Shown here one piece after another: positions 34,236 to 48,537 of a DNA stretch of 64,000 nucleotides. Both the position numbers and the translations under genes were made by a program. This DNA comes from Tubulanus polymorphus (taxonomy: Eukaryota; Animalia; Nemertea). Each line of letters starts with the position of its first letter. The stretch's first letter is position 1. The stretch lies in the NCBI RefSeq assembly GCF_964204645.1, contig NC_134028.1:21200345-21264344 (forward strand), given 5' to 3'. The notes below the pieces were generated by a model that searched no databases, was not told the DNA's origin, and saw nothing but the letters and a program-made list of their open reading frames with translations.

Positions 34236-34364
34236 CGACAGATCATCATGACGTTTAGTTCAGCACAATGGCGTTTATGAGCTGGAATTAAAAAAGGAAT
34301 TTCATTGTTTGTAACGAGTGGCGAGAATCGATACATTTCCGATGATTTGTTGTTTCCTAAGTAT

Positions 34365-37300
34365 CTATATGGCAGTACTCGTGTCGTCATCTGGCATCGT
34401 TTTCATTAGTTTGTTCTGTTGTGTATCGTTGTGTTCACGTAGCGCGTCTTTCAGGTTTTTGCCGTTAGTTTCTGGCAGCCAGAAGAGCACAAAGATTGTT
34501 GAGGTTATCGCAAGGAATGCGTAGAATACGTACGGTATCATCCAGTGACTGATTAGACCCTGGAATATAAAAAGCATTATATCTATCTAGTTGATGAACC
34601 GGTAAAAATAGATATTTTTCATTGGGAGGAAATGGTCCATGTACTGTGGCAAGTTTCTGGGGAAATTTCCTGGGAGTAATTTACGAGTGTGGTTTCTTTC
34701 CCAGTGATGAGCGATGGCCAGAGAGAATAAAGAAATCACCGCGTGCCGACAGAAATAATTATTTGCCATATTAATGACCGTTCGAGCTCCATTGTGGATG
34801 TATCTAGCTACAAAAACCAAACGCAAGTATCTAGGGGACTCACTCATTGACCAAGGTCTGACCAGATGCCGGCCTAAGACAATTTGGGTATCGATTTCAA
34901 AAAATTCTCTCGTTAGTAACACGTAACACTTTTTCATTGGTTTCCGTTCAAAAATGCGCTTGCTTTCAAATGTACTTGATTTGAGGCCACAAAACTCAAA
35001 GAAGCAAAACTCTAACCCCAATTCTGCTAGAAATTGTGAACTATACTATACTACCAATCCCAGGGCCCTAAATGTGTTTTACTTGATAAGAGTTCCACTA
35101 TCATGAAAATCTAACCCCCAAAGACATGACTGGTTACGTTTTGTGAACCCATGGCAAGTAGAACCTAAGTTAGCATCACTGTGCTAGGATGTTTAGATTT
35201 ACCAAATACGCAATCTGTGGAGCGGTAATACCACCAACTCTTGCGCCCATACTACCAGCTGCACAGCCAATACTCCTGTTAAAAACAGAACAAAAGAATG
35301 GTTATATTCTTTTTAGCCCATATCAAAATTTTCAATTCGTAATTTCTAAGTTCTAAAAATTTAGATGTGATCCCTGTGCCAATGGAGACTAGTTTTGCTA
35401 CATAAGAGAATTATTCCACATCCCTGTGCCCAAACAGCAAAACAGGAAGTAAATGATGATATGCGTTTTAGGAGAAGCGATATATTTCCCCACAGGTGAA
35501 CGGGAAGTGTGTGCGTTGCTTGAGAGAGTGAATCTGAAGATTAAATCTTACCTTATGACGGTGGCATAGATTTCTGCGGAATATATTGATGCCAATGTCC
35601 AGCACGAACTTATGCCTGCGTTACCAATAAGCACCAATACCGTCGTCAATATTCCGAGTTCTTCTTTCTTGTTGAGTGCTCCAATAATCACCACTACTAC
35701 CATGCAAGTAATTGGTATTAGCATGTAAAAGAAAAACGACCGTCGCCGACCAAACCTAGGATTTACAATTCAAAAGATACCCAAACATCATGACAGTTAA
35801 CGACCGATCAGTTACCGAGATATTCAGACTTATGGTACCAAAGAATAATCGCACCATTTTGAAGACATATTGATATTTCTGGATTGTGAACTAAATGTCC
35901 ATGATTAACATAAGCTTTGGATCATCTTGTTTTCGTATTTCAACGTCAATATCCTCTCATTGTTTCAGGAGATCGATTAAGGGAAGATTGCAACTGAAAT
36001 GAGCTGACAAGAGACAATGAAAAGGACCACGGACCAGTCACACCAGCCAAAAGTAGTTTTGTTCAAAAAGTAGTTTTCAGTCTCATAAAGTTGTTAGATT
36101 GGCTATAAAACTACTAAGCCATGACCGTGAAACTGAGCCCTGGGACCAAAGGTGTTCTTATGACTAGTCTTAAGTTTATAGATCGGCTCAAGAAGATACC
36201 GCAGTCTTAGATAATTGAACATCATGATATAAGTTGATATATTGGCTAAAAAAGATACTGAGTCTTAGAGTGGTCTTGCATCTAAGCTATTGTGCAACTG
36301 GGTTTTTAGATTTTACCTGTTTGCAACAAAAATGACACTCCAATCTGCGGGCATGGTAACAAATGCACCAGCGACAACGTTTACAAAAACAGTTCCTTCA
36401 AACGTGCTGTACATAGAACTAATACCGTAGTTAATAGCGGCACAAGAAAACCTAAAATAACCGGAAAAAGTATTAGAAAACCTGGCTGAAACCTGGTTGA
36501 TGGTTTGTTTTTCATGCAAATAGACAGTTAACGGGAAGATAGATATTGATAAAAAAGTTAGAGCTAATCGAGTAAAGTCAATGGAGAAACAACAGTATTG
36601 ATAGGCCCTATCAATAAGGTTGTTTCTCCATTGACCCTGTGGAAGGAAGTGGCGTTTGTCGAATGAAGCCACTGCGCAAGTAGCTATCTAGTATATACTA
36701 GCTCACACATGTGATCTCTAGTTCGTGATATATAATTCGATAGCATTACAATCAATCTTCAATATACGGGTTAGTCTTGATAATTTTCATACCTATACAA
36801 TAATTCATTTTTTTCATGCTTTTACTGTTCTGATATCGGGTTACTACGGCTTTTCTATACCTCTATAAAAATGAAAATGTCGTTTAGATGTCATTACCAG
36901 CAGTAAATGATAACACATGTTTGAAGAGCTAATTTTCTCGTTTTGAATAAATCTAGATATCCATGCTTTCTGATTTTCTCTTGTTCTCTGCGATCTTTAG
37001 CGGCAATAAGACGAAGTAGATTTAAATCTGGAATTTTGGTTTTATTCGTTCGGGCCATCCAGCGGATAATTTCATCCGCTTCTTTAAATCGGCCTTTCAT
37101 TGTCAACCAGCGAACGCTCTCCGGAACCCAACTTAAAACATAAAAACAACGTACTACAGATTAGATATCGGCCTTATTTAATCAAGTCAAGTTTGGTGGC
37201 CATCTCGAATCTCTGCTTAGCGCCATACAGCCTTTGATTTTCCCGAAACGTTATGTATATGACTTGTTTAGCCCAAATGAATATTGCGGTCCAATATTAT

Positions 37301-38932
37301 ATTATCAAAACACATCAAAGTGTGTTAAAAATTCCAACCACCCCTAAAAAAACACTTGATTCCACCTACGGATGGGCAATAAATTCACACAATTAAAAAA
37401 AACTGATAATCAATGCTGTTTATTCGGTCACAGTCATAAAATGAAATACACTATTGCATACTTTTACTATGCATGGATTCAGTTTCATATTTGTAATTTA
37501 GAATGAGTTCTTTTTCATTAAATCAACTCCGAGTAAAATCTTCTCATTCTTGATAATAATGATAATGTTTATTCACGGATTAAATTCCAATAGGAAGTAT
37601 AGTAAGTTAGTTATTCAGGGTCTCCAGAATTCGAATTGACACGATGCACTCACACGTCTGTAGAGATAGGGAGAGACAGGGGGAGAGGGACAACTTACAG
37701 AACGATAGCAGGAATTAGAGGTATCCCGAATGAAGCGGTTATGAATGCTGTATGGCGCCAGTCACGGGTCAAATAGGCTACAGCCGAGGTCAATGAGGAG
37801 CCGACACCATACATAACGAAACACGCACAAAACGTCCGCCATTTTGTACCAACAAACTCTATCGGAAGTGCGAAACAGACGTTCAGAGCACCACCTGAAA
37901 AAATAACAATGAAGTACAAACAATGTTTATCTAAAAGGATACTCGCTGGTAATCGAATCAATAGACCTACCGTTAAAAAAACCACTCGAAATACGAACAA
38001 TAACATACATGACCCAACTATTTGAAAATCCAACGACTATCTGCGTAACTATCATCAAACAAGCGAACGCTATCAATGTCTTCTTGCGACCGATCCAGTC
38101 AGCGAAATATCCAGACACCATCGCACCGAAGAATACCCCCACCATTTGAAGACTGATTGAAAGTTTTGGGATGTAACTCATGTCACAAACAAGATCGAAC
38201 TATGAGTAAAAAATGAACGAGAATGAATTGAAAGTCTGTGATATGACAATAAGACTAAAGACAATGATAACGATAGAATGATAATCAAATACTACTCCAC
38301 TATTATGTGAGTATTGGAAATTCCGCATTGGAAAAGCTTCGATTTAATTGACTTTTACGGAATTCGAACCCGTATGTGCGTTAAAACTGTTTTTTGAAAC
38401 TGCATGGTATCGATCAAAAATCTTCGCATTGATTTAAGTGATTCTGGGCGGGTTTATCGTGCTTCGTTGTATTTGGTTGGCAATGTTTATATTTGGGCTT
38501 GGGTAGGGTATATCGGCCCAGTTTGAGGACTTACCCGTATTGTTTTCGAGGTTTACCCCTAAAGGTAATTGTGAAGCCCGGTCTACGAAACTGGGCCTTA
38601 CTTTCACTTACCTCGGTTATCAATGACGTCAAAGCATTAGTAAAGTCGTAATCAAATTCTACACACTTGGAACTATTGAACGAACATAATCCGTCGGTAT
38701 TATTTGGTAAAGAGGCGTTTTCGGCGAGTCTGAGACAAGTCCACGGGGGAACGTAATGAGAAAATATAAACAGCATTGAAACAGGTTGGTTCGAGAGATC
38801 CATCAGAGTCAGAATCACAAATACGCGAATTTGAAACCTCCCGAAATGACCAAGTGTATCCAACATTTCCTCAAACGAACTTTCATTTTTCTGAGCATCT
38901 TCATCTTCATCGCGATTGCGAGGTTCATCCAT
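34365..38932 (-). CDS. SLC22/organic cation transporter-like protein, copy 1 (intact, 528 aa)
   Basis: Exons 38932-38612, 38199-37971, 37894-37699, 37131-36898, 36451-36317, 35755-35552, 35275-35203, 34559-34365 (1587 nt). GHFGRFQ, SLITEFDLVCD, ADWIGRK, EFVG, PESVRWL, FGRR, SAEIYATVIR, LPET. An in-frame upstream ATG at 39028 is not kept in the paralogs. Confidence 0.92.
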
Positions 38933-39175
38933 CAGAATAATCTGATACAAGCTTGTGCGACATACGGTTGTAAGTCTAAAGAGACGAATAATCGCACCGT
39001 AGCAAAACATAGCGAACCCTACGAACATTATTGCGTGATTTATGAGAAAATAAAAGGTTTTCGCCCAAGATTACACGTGATCATATTGAAAAGACCTGAA
39101 TGGAGGCGAACAGGTTTCTCAAATACATTTTCCTTTTTTGTGAATAAAGACGATATTTAGAATACATAACACTAA

Positions 39176-39498
39176 AGCCAGGCGTAGGTCGGCCTTGCGA
39201 TGCGACGCGATCGTCGCGTTGCGTCACAGGTGGCCGCGCAAGTCGGTTGTGATGCGGTTGTCAGCGACTGTGTGCGACTAGTTGCTGCCAGTCGCAACAG
39301 CACGCAGGTCGGTTGCGACGGTCGCATCGCCTCGCAGAAAGTAGAAAATGTGCGACTCATTGCGACTGGCGTCGCTGGCAGTCGCAACCCGTCGCTGGCA
39401 GTCGCAAGGTAGCGTAGGTCGGTGAGTCGTTGCGACGCGATCGTCGCTGGCGGTCGCAGTGAGTCGCAAGCCGTCGCAAGGCCGACCTATGCCCGCCT
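39176..39498. mobile_element. PIF/Harbinger-type MITE (family 1), polymorphic between duplicates
   Basis: Same TIR as 9987-10251; TAA at 39173-39175 and 39499-39501; empty site with a single TAA at 47798-47800. Confidence 0.92.
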
Positions 39499-40376
39499 TA
39501 ACATTTAAAAACATCTTCGCAATGTAACGATTTTTTAATGTGGCGTTAAGCCAAGAGTCGCACGTTTTGAATACATCATGTCGCACAACACAGTCACGAG
39601 AACCCCAATATTTTCATCGTTAAACATCTTACTTTAGAATAACCTCTTAGTAGAAATCAAGATTATTTGGATTCACGACAGTTATAGTCGGTATACTCAT
39701 AATCTTCGACAGTTGGGCAATTTTTGACCCGGCGCCACATTGCACATCGTTAAATCGGCCTTAATGAATGTGCTACAATTCATGCGTCAATGGTAACCTA
39801 GATTGCTCTCCCCAAAATTAAATCTTGTCTTCACTTTATTCCTGGTCTTGATACAAAAGACAATTCGAGCGTTACAGTGCATAAAAAAAGAACATTTTTT
39901 TACGACGTACAGTACACATAGTTATAAATATTGATTTACATGTGAGCACAAGATACTAATAGGGAATCAAATGAAAAGTCTCACGATTTTACCAACAAAA
40001 TACACAGTTTGACTTTATCCGTCGCAGAAACTTGCAGTACCTATTTTCAATTTGAAAGCAGACCTTAATGAGGACTGTGCTTCGATAACCATCGAAAGAT
40101 CAAGAATAGATATTTCGTTAGACGTGAGCTCGTTAGATAAAGATAATAATAATGTAAATAATATTATAAATTACGATAATAATAATGATCTTCATCAATT
40201 AGATCAAATACAAAATAACAAATAGATTACATGAAATAATTCGAGGATTGTTGATAGGGGCCTGAACAGAGCCATCAAGGCTGTACAATCACTAAGACGT
40301 GCATGCCCCTGATATCGAATCGTTCGAATTTACAGTGTTGGATCTATTTCAAAACACCCGCGAATTAACAGGCCAA

Positions 40377-40711
40377 TGGGGTATCGGCACAAAACAGATG
40401 GCGCTACAATACAGGTATATGCAGTGAAAATGAGTTCATTTTCAATGTTTGACTTTGAACTGGATTTTAGGCTCCCAAATGGAAATGTTGTGAAATAAGT
40501 CGTCAAATAGATATAAGATTGACATTGCCAATGAATGTATGGTATAGTTTCATTGGAAATTGATTTGCAAATGAGAAAAATTGACTCGAATTTAATTGAA
40601 ATGTAGAAGAAATAGTAGCGCGGTAACCGAGTAAACACGAGTGAACCTAGTGGATCCTCACCTACCAGACATGGAATCCTCGATTGCCACAGTAGCGTTG
40701 CCGGTACCCCC
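40377..40711. mobile_element. MITE-like repeat (GGGTACCGGC family); duplicate at 51717-52050
   Basis: GGGGTATCGGCA / TGCCGGTACCCC termini; similarity to 5878-6117. Confidence 0.6.
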
Positions 40712-42878
40712 TTTATTGTGAAATTCATAAGATATAGCTATGAAAATAGCGTTATTAAGAATCGTAAAAAACCCGAAGGGGCGAAGATATCAATCAACGA
40801 GGATTAGAAATTATTGGAAAATTGTTCATCATTTACGAAGGCAGCTACTCGCGAAGAATAACCCACCGGGCACTCGATGAATGATCGTGAAATTTTACAT
40901 GTAAAATATGTAGGTTTTGCAAGGGCATTGTGTTCGGCGTAATTCGTAAAAAATTAATACAATAGAAAATTTACTGTTCCTTTAGCGAAGATCCGTGATC
41001 AAATATGAAAGAAACTTATTTTTATGCGAAACAAACAGGGATTATTGATAACAATTGGAAGCGTGATGGATTATTGGAAGTAGTTTTTCTGTTATTAAAG
41101 ATCGTGGACAGAAAAAAATTCTACAATGGACACATTAATCTCTCAAGGTTTCGATAGTTATGTATACTCGAAATCTGTTCCCGACAGTATGGACTTCTCA
41201 TAATATTAACTCAATACGGATTTGGAAATACGAGTATTAAGAAACAAGAAAATTAATTTTAATAAATTATTTGACGCCTGCGAAAAAAAATGTAGAATTT
41301 CTGGGATAAGCTAATGTGGAATTGCGAATTTGAAATCGAAGTTTTAAGAAATTTGGGGAATTATGAGGTTTGGCGATTGGGTAGATGATACAGGTCTTCG
41401 ACTGGTCTAATTAAAAAAAAATTGTCAACTTGCGACCGACTTCGATTTACTTTTGCCTCTAAGCTGGTCTGCAACTTCATTGCCTCCATGGTTGAAGAAA
41501 GGGCTCTTCTGATGTCTGCTTCATCATGACTTCGAGCGTATCGTGTAGCCAGCCGGCCCGGTCCCCGGGGCCCGGTTTGGTTGTCACTCGATATCCTAGT
41601 CTTGAGTCTGGGTTGAAGTAGACATTGTCATTTAAATAACTTATTTATGTTATTCTGTATGAATTAACCATGTGTCTTGTATTTTGTATTTTCTTATTCT
41701 AAAATTTGTAACTTCATTGAATTTGGGAATTTTATCCCGGAATTTCATTGTAATAAGGATCAATAAAAAATTGAATTGAATTGTCACCTAATACACATGC
41801 CATCAGTGGACGCGGAGCCGTATATGACAGCTTTGCTTTATAAATTGCTAATCTCATGAAACCTGCATACCCTAATATCGAACATATTTTCTAAAACATT
41901 TGAATATTGAAATTATATGTTTACACGTATTTATATTGACAGCTTGTAGCCGCCGATGAAATTCACGCCGGCCCTACACAGATCGTAGATAGCTTCGTCA
42001 TTCCACCAGTATCCCCATGTCAGGGTCTTACTTTTATATCAGACTTCCACATCGCGTACATACATCCACCATTTTGACCGAACAATCCGATTTACTTATC
42101 ATTTCTATTTATGCCTGCCGCTTCTGATTTAACCATACATCCATTACTATTACAATACATCTTCTCATGATATTCAATGCAATATAACATTTTGACGTTC
42201 AAGTAGGGCTCGTTAGATAATCACAGGAAGCATTCTACATCTTTGTCAATGATATTTTGCCAAATAGCTTTGACCTGTGACGTCTTGCACATCGATTTAC
42301 GGTTGTCGTTTATAAAATGACGCTGAATGGTTAACATTGTTTAGGTTTCATAATGGTTACGTTTTATAAGGCGTCAAAAAGGGGCGATTTATATACAACA
42401 TCCGATCCATAAAGACTGCGCCACCTAGTGCCCGTTATTCCTAATCGGAAACGCGTTTATACTGGAAAACCAAACTCAAAGCAGTTCCGAATTGATAATC
42501 ACGGTAGTAGGCCTAGATTGAAACCCGAGCACCAATAGTACGTACCTCAAATCGTACTTAAATCCGCATATAATGTGTGCGAGGAATTGTTCTCGTGCAA
42601 GGGCGATGAATCGACGCTGCCGACGCGGATATACTTAATTTTTTCCCATGCACAAGGATCTCATCACTACCCGCGGTTAGCCAATAAACCAAATAAAGAG
42701 CCCCGAGTGAAGGCTTCGCTAAAGCGAAATTAATACGAATCTATGACGTAGATTATATTCACTTTTGAATCCTTAGAAACATTTCGGCGTTGCTTTAAGT
42801 TTATTACGAGTCGGGAACTATTTACGGACCGAGGGAGCAGTAATTTTACATTAATTCAACGTGGTACGTCTTCGATGC

Positions 42879-43535
42879 TTTTTTATTTTTGTCTATTTTA
42901 TTTATTATCATAGTGACATGTACATTATATTTGAAAATAAACAGAATATAAAGGTTTGGTACCCAGCCCTAATTTAGACTTATAAGTCACTTTATACTAA
43001 CGCATGACATAATATTACGAATATACATATATCTACACATGTATATACATGTAAACATACATATATACATACATACACATGCATACATACACATGCACAT
43101 ACACACAAATGTATTAAGATATTTCTACAAAAAATAAATGGTTACAAAATTGGGTTCAAAAGTAAATTTCTTTTTGACCATGCAGCAAGGAGAAAGTTTC
43201 ATAGGTTAGTAGATCTTTGAGAAACATATGCTTAGTTATTCTTGTATTTGGCATAGATATCATTTGAGTCCAAATCGTATCTGATGTTTGAAACGTTTAT
43301 ATTTACACGGTAACTACCCCATATCCCCATACAGAAAGGGTAACGGCGTTAACGGATTTACTCCGAAAAATATCTACAGGCTCTATACTGAACGCACTCA
43401 ACCATATCGGACTCTTTCGATCCCCAAGTCTCAGCTCCATAACTAATGACTGAACCAACACCTGTTTCAAATAATTTAGTAAAAGTTTAATAACCAATGT
43501 TTTTGATCTGTTTAAATTTACTTATAATTCTGCCA
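42879..43535 (-). mobile_element. LINE 3' fragment truncated by duplication junction
   Basis: Matches 54218-54874; frameshifted RT C-terminal region (YGAETWG...VQYRACR), CA/TA-rich 3' UTR, A-rich tail. Confidence 0.8.
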
Positions 43536-43876
43536 GGTCTGACCAGATGCCGGCCTAAGACAATTTGGGTATCGATTTCAAAAAATTCTCTCGTTAGTAA
43601 CACTTTTTCATTGGTTTCCGTTCAAAAATGCGCTTGCTTTCAAATGTACTTGATTTGAGGCCACAAAACTCAAAGAAGCAAAACTCTAACCCCAATTCTG
43701 CTAGAAATTGTGAACTATACTATACTACCAATCCCAGGGCCCTAAATGTGTTTTACTTGATAAGAGTTCCACTATCATGAAAATCTAACCCCCAAAGACA
43801 TGACTGGTTACGTTTTGTGAACCCATGGCAAGTAGAACCTAAGTTAGCATCACTGTGCTAGGATGTTTAGATTTAC

Positions 43877-46800
43877 CAAATACGCAATCTGTGGAGCGGT
43901 AATACCACCAACTCTTGCGCCCATACTACCAGCTGCACAGCCAATACTCCTGTTAAAAAGAGAACAAAAGAATGGTTATATTCTTTTTAGCCCATATCAA
44001 AATTTTCAATTCGTAATTTCTAAGTTCTAAAAATTTAGATGTGATCCCTGTGCCAATGGAGACTAGTTTTGCTACATAAGAGAATTATTCCACATCCCTG
44101 TGCCCAAACAGCAAAACAGGAAGTAAATGATGATATGCGTTTTAGGAGAAGCGATATATTTCCCCACAGGTGAACGGGAAGTGTGTGCGTTGCTTGAGAG
44201 AGTGAATCTGAAGATTAAATCTTACCTTATGACGGTGGCATAGATTTCTGCGGAATATATTGATGCCAATGTCCAGCACGAATTTATGCCTGCGTTACCA
44301 ATAAGCACCAATACCGTCGTCAATATTCCGAGTTCTTCTTTCTTGTTGAGTGCTCCAATAATCACCACTACTACCATGCAAGTAATTGGTATTAGCATGT
44401 AAAAGAAAAACGACCGTCGCCGACCAAACCTAGGATTTACAATTCAAAAGATACCCAAACATCATGACAGTTAACGACCGATCAGTTACCGAGATATTCA
44501 GACTTATGGTACCAAAGAATAATCGCACCATTTTGAAGACATATTGATATTTCTGGATTGTGAACTAAATGTCCATGATTAACATAAGCTTTGGATCATC
44601 TTGTTTTCGTATTTCAACGTCAATATCCTCTCATTGTTTCAGGAGATCGATTAAGGGAAGATTGCAACTGAAATGAGCTGACAAGAGACAATGAAAAGGA
44701 CCACGGACCAGTCACACCAGCCAAAAGTAGTTTTGTTCAAAAAGTAGTTTTCAGTCTCATAAAGTTGTTAGATTGGCTATAAAACTACTAAGCCATGACC
44801 GTGAAACTGAGCCCTGGGACCAAAGGTGTTCTTATGACTAGTCTTAAGTTTATAGATCGGCTCAAGAAGATACCGCAGTCTTAGATAATTGAACATCATG
44901 ATATAAGTTGATATATTGGCTAAAAAAGATACTGAGTCTTAGAGTGGTCTTGCATCTAAGCTATTGTGCAACTGGGTTTTTAGATTTTACCTGTTTGCAA
45001 CAAAAATGACACTCCAATCTGCGGGCATGGTAACAAATGCACCAGCGACAACGTTTACAAAAACAGTTCCTTCAAACGTGCTGTACATAGAACTAATACC
45101 GTAGTTAATAGCGGCACAAGAAAACCTAAAATAACCGGAAAAAGTATTAGAAAACCTGGCTGAAACCTGGTTGATGGTTTGTTTTTCATGCAAATAGACA
45201 GTTAACGGGAAGATAGATATTGATAAAAAAGTTAGAGCTAATCGAGCAAAGTCAATGGAGAAACAACAGTATTGATAGGCCCTATCAATAAGGTTGTTTC
45301 TCCATTGACCCTGTGGAAGGAAGTGGCGTTTGTCGAATGAAGCCACTGCGCAAGTAGCTATCTAGTATATACTAGCTCACACATGTGATCTCTAGTTCGT
45401 GATATATAATTCGATAGCATTACAATCAATCTTCAATATACGGGTTAGTCTTGATAATTTTCATACCTATACAATCATTCATTTTTTTCATGCTTTTACT
45501 GATCTGATATCGGGTTAACACGGCTTTTCTATACCTCTATAAAAATGAAAATGTCGTTTAGATGTCATTACCAGCAGTAAATGATAACACATGTTTGAAG
45601 AGCTAATTTTCTCGTTTTGAATAAATCTAGATATCCATGCTTTCTGATTTTCTCTTGTTCTCTGCGATCTTTAGCGGCAATAAGACGAAGTAGATTTAAA
45701 TCTGGAATTTTGGTTTTATTCGTTCGGGCCATCAAGCGGATAATTTCATCCGCTTCTTTAAATCGGCCTTTCATTGTCAACCAGCGAACGCTCTCCGGAA
45801 CCCAACTTAAAACATAAAAACAACGTACTACAGATTAGATATCGGCCTTATTTAATCAAGTCAAGTTTGGTGGCCATCTCGAATCTCTGCTTAGCGCCAT
45901 ACAGCCTTTGATTTTCCCGAAACGTTATGTATATGACTTGTTTAGCCCAAATGAATATTGCGGTCCAATATTATATTATCAAAACACATCAAAGTGTGTT
46001 AAAAATTCCAACCACCCCTAAAAAAACACTTGATTCCACCTACGGATGGGCAATAAGTTCACACAATTAAAAAAAACTGATAATCAATGCTGTTTATTCG
46101 GTCACAGTCATAAAATGAAATACACTATTGCATACTTTTACTATGCATGGATTCAGTTTCATATTTGTAATTTAGAATGAGTTCTTTTTCATTAAATCAA
46201 CTCCGAGTAAAATCTTCTCATTCTTGATAATAATGATAATGTTTATTCACGGATTAAATTCCAATAGGAAGTATAGTAAGTTAGTTATTCAGGGTCTCCA
46301 GAATTCGAATTGACACGATGCACTCACACGTCTGTAGAGATAGGGAGAGACAGGGGGAGAGGGACAACTTACAGAACGATAGCAGGAATTAGAGGTATCC
46401 CGAATGAAGCGGTTATGAATGCTGTATGGCGCCAGTCACGGGTCAAATAGGCTACAGCCGAGGTCAATGAGGAGCCGACACCATACATAACGAAACACGC
46501 ACAAAACGTCCGCCATTTTGTACCAACAAACTCTATCGGAAGTGCGAAACAGACGTTCAGAGCACCACCTGAAAAAATAACAATGAAGTACAAACAATGT
46601 TTTCTAAAAGGATACTCGCTGGTAATCGAATCAAAAGACCTACCGTTAAAAAAACCACTCGAAATACGAACAATAACATACATGACCCAACTATTTGAAA
46701 ATCCAACGACTATCTGCGTAACTATCATCAAACAAGCGAACGCTATCAATGTCTTCTTGCGACCGATCCAGTCAGCGAAATATCCAGACACCATCGCACC

Positions 46801-47558
46801 GAAGAATACCCCCACCATTTGAAGACTTATTGAAAGTTTTGGGATGTAACTCATGTCACAAACAAGATCGAACTACAAGTAAAAAATGAACGATAATGAA
46901 TTGAAAGTCTGTGATATGACAATAAGACTAAAGACAATGATAACGATAGAATTATAATAAAATGCTACTCCACTATTACGTGAGTATTGGAAATTCCGCA
47001 TTGGAAAAGCTTCGATTTAATTGACTCTTACGGAATTCGAACCCGTATGTGCGTTAAAACTGTTTTTTTGAAACTGCATGGTATCGATCAAAAATCTTCG
47101 CATTGATTTAAGTGATTCTGGGCGGGTTTATCGCGCTTCGTTGTATTTGGTTGGACTTACCCGTATTGTTTTCGAGGTTTACCCCTAAAGGTAATTGTGA
47201 AGCCCGGTCTACGAAACTGGGCCTTACTTTCACTTACCTCGGTTATCAATGACGTCAAAGCATTAGTAAAGTCGTAATCAAATTCTACACACTTGGAACC
47301 ATTGAACGAACATAATCTGTCGGTATTATTTGGTAAAGAGGCGTTTTCGGCGAGTCTGAGACAAGTCCACGGGGGAACGTAATGAGAAAATATAAACAGC
47401 ATTGAAACAGGTTGGTTCGAGAGATCCATCAGAGTCAGAATCACAAATATGCGAATTTGAAACCTCCCGAAATGACCAAGAGTATCCAACATTTCCTCAA
47501 ACGAACTTTCATTTTTCTGAGCATCTTCATCTTCATCGCGAATGCGAGTTTCATCCAT
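43877..47558 (-). pseudogene. SLC22-like copy 2, exons 1-7 open but terminal exon absent
   Basis: Exons 47558-47238, 46872-46644, 46568-46373, 45805-45572, 45125-44991, 44429-44226, 43949-43877; intron 7 ends at the junction 43533-43536 with no exon 8 (last TM helix, LPET). Confidence 0.8.
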
Positions 47559-48537
47559 CAGAATAATCTAATACAAGCTTGTGCGACATAGGTTGTAAGT
47601 CTAAAGAGACGAGTAATCGCACCGTAGCAAAACATATCGAACCCTACGAACATTATTGAGTGATTTATGACAGAATAAAAGGATTTCGCCCAAGATTACA
47701 CGTGATCATGTTGAAAAGACCTGAATGGAAGCAGACAGGTTTCTCAAATACCTTTTCCTTTATTGCGAATAAAGACGATATTTAGAATACATAACACTAA
47801 GATTTAAAAACATCTTCGCAATGTAACGATTTTTTAATGTGGCGTAAAGCTAAGAGTCGCACGTTTTGAATACATCATGTCGCACAACACAGTCACGAGA
47901 ACCCCAATATTTTCATCGTTAAACATCTTACTTTAGAATAACCTCTTAGTAGAAATCAAGATTATTTGGATTGACGACAGTTATAGTCGGTATACTCATA
48001 ATCTTCGACAGTTGGGCAATTTTTGTTATCCCAAGAAATCCATACTGTATTACGAAGCCATGATATAGGCAAATACGAGGGCGGTACGAATCTAACCGAT
48101 ATCATTAGTACGATATCAAACCGATAATACCTTTTACCAGAGGCAACTGATATAGGTGAATAGCGGAAAGTAGACTTAAAATTACCATCCTAGTTTACAA
48201 ATACCAATAATAATTGAATGCTATATATACGTTGGTGGTAATTACAGCCATCGATTTTTGGTAACCGTCTGAATCTATTATTCCGATATTCGCGTAAATA
48301 CATACAAATTATTGATGCGCCATCCGACAAAAATGATTTGTTTCAGTTTGTGGTACGAACTGCTCTCAGCAAGACCATGGTCAAAATATCTGGATGGAAA
48401 ATTACCCAATAAGCACGGCCTAACCAATAGTTGGAAACTAATAGTCATTTATTTGATTTTGACAATTCTAATACATATATTTACATATAGTTTTTCCGAG
48501 CACCAGTTTGACCCGGCGCCACATTGCACATCGTTTA

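Noticed and set aside
40330-40728. 132-aa ORF conserved in both units
   Set aside because: Conservation reflects the recent duplication; it overlies a MITE and has no recognisable motif.
40760-41780. Possible decayed retroelement coding sequence
   Set aside because: Only a weak ISINED-like motif and a tail; no continuous frame, family not assignable by eye.
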